From a virus, in the IMG/VR virus record IMGVR_UViG_3300034198_012226, positions 1 through 64,000 of that record: 64,000 nucleotides of DNA, one strand, 5' to 3'. Shown here one piece after another: positions 63,429 to 64,000 of the stretch. The position numbers and the translations under genes were made by a program. The notes below the pieces were generated by a model that was given only the letters and a program-made list of their open reading frames with translations, was not told where the DNA came from and searched no databases. Position 1 is the stretch's first letter, and each line of letters opens with the position of its first letter.

Positions 63429-64000
63429 CAGGTTCGATTCCGGCGCTTGGACTTCTTGGCCAGCTTCTTCTTGGCCCGATTCTCGGCGCTGCGGTACTTC
63501 TTGTTGTTGCCGTAACGCTGCGGTGTACCGGCCCAGGTCTGGAACGGTGGCGGTGCCGGTGCCGGGGAGGATTCCCAGGCCGTTGCCGCTTCTCCCCAGG
63601 AGGCAAGTGCTGCGGTGGCCAGCACCGACGCTATGCCAGCCTTGTTGAAGCTCCTGCCGATCCTGGAACCTCCGGTGACGACCATGGTGCGGTCATGCAC
63701 GCGCTGCATTGCTTCGGAGTCGTAGACGATCCTGGTAACTGCGCTCCGGATGTACTCCACGTCGTGAGGAATCTCGGCCCCGTGGAACTTGCCGTCCAGG
63801 ATTCGGATCGGCGGGCCTTCCGGCCTGATCGAAGCGATCCTGGCCTCCAGGTCGCTGAAGTCCATGGCTTCGACCCGCCTCGCCCACTCCTCGCGGCTGA
63901 TGCCCCAGTATTCCGGGGTGTCCATGCCGAGGGTGCAGACCATCGGCTCACCGAGCGGCACCTCGTGGAAGTTGGGCATGTCGCCCGGTGGCCACTCCAT
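63428..64000 (-). CDS. Hypothetical protein (probably 5'-truncated by window edge)
   Basis: Open to the window end; basic C-terminal RAKKKLAKKSKRRNR. Confidence 0.55.
   Translation of the reverse strand: MEWPPGDMPNFHEVPLGEPMVCTLGMDTPEYWGISREEWARRVEAMDFSDLEARIASIRPEGPPIRILDGKFHGAEIPHDVEYIRSAVTRIVYDSEAMQRVHDRTMVVTGGSRIGRSFNKAGIASVLATAALASWGEAATAWESSPAPAPPPFQTWAGTPQRYGNNKKYRSAENRAKKKLAKKSKRRNRT

Noticed and set aside
560-63610. Frequent CTTGCC/GGCAAG hexamer as a Chi-like site
   Set aside because: Explicable by GGC AAG (Gly-Lys) codons and the general NNT-GNN codon context; enrichment cannot be shown by eye
1-64000. Prophage, tRNA genes or a named host/taxon
   Set aside because: No integrase, att site, host genes or tRNA cloverleaf seen; a betaproteobacterial host is only an impression from the tail genes and GC content and needs a database search

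Overview
The whole window is part of a high-GC, long-tailed dsDNA phage (siphovirus-type) genome with two convergent arms. The + strand arm (1-33.9 kb) carries the virion and lysis genes: the 3' part of a lambda gpA-type terminase, portal, S49 protease, scaffold, decoration and major capsid proteins, neck and tail genes, a -1 frameshifted tail chaperone, a 2576-aa tape measure protein, tail tip and fibre genes, a muramidase endolysin and holin-like genes. The - strand arm (33.9-64 kb) carries replication, nucleotide-metabolism and host-takeover genes: ThyA, an SbcCD-like nuclease pair, ATP-dependent ligase, class II RNR, resolvase, family A DNA polymerase, a TraR/DksA-like protein, DEDDh exonuclease, GroES, primase-helicase, SNF2 helicase, dUTPase, a ParB-like protein and a J-domain protein. 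I saw no integrase, tRNA, rRNA or CRISPR array. Six observations stand out. (1) A 15-bp pseudo-palindrome (CTACACYSRSTGYAG) recurs about 24 times, roughly every 1-5 kb, often spelled with rare codons inside conserved genes; an orphan ParB/KorB-like HTH protein is the candidate reader. (2) polA is split inside its 3'-5' exonuclease domain by three small translationally coupled genes. (3) An R67/DfrB-like type II DHFR homologue is coupled to thyA. (4) The tail fibre ends in a Hint (intein-like) domain. (5) An HNH endonuclease is disabled by one extra TG unit in a dinucleotide run. (6) A KTSC domain is fused to dUTPase. All calls come from reading motifs by eye; no database searches were run.
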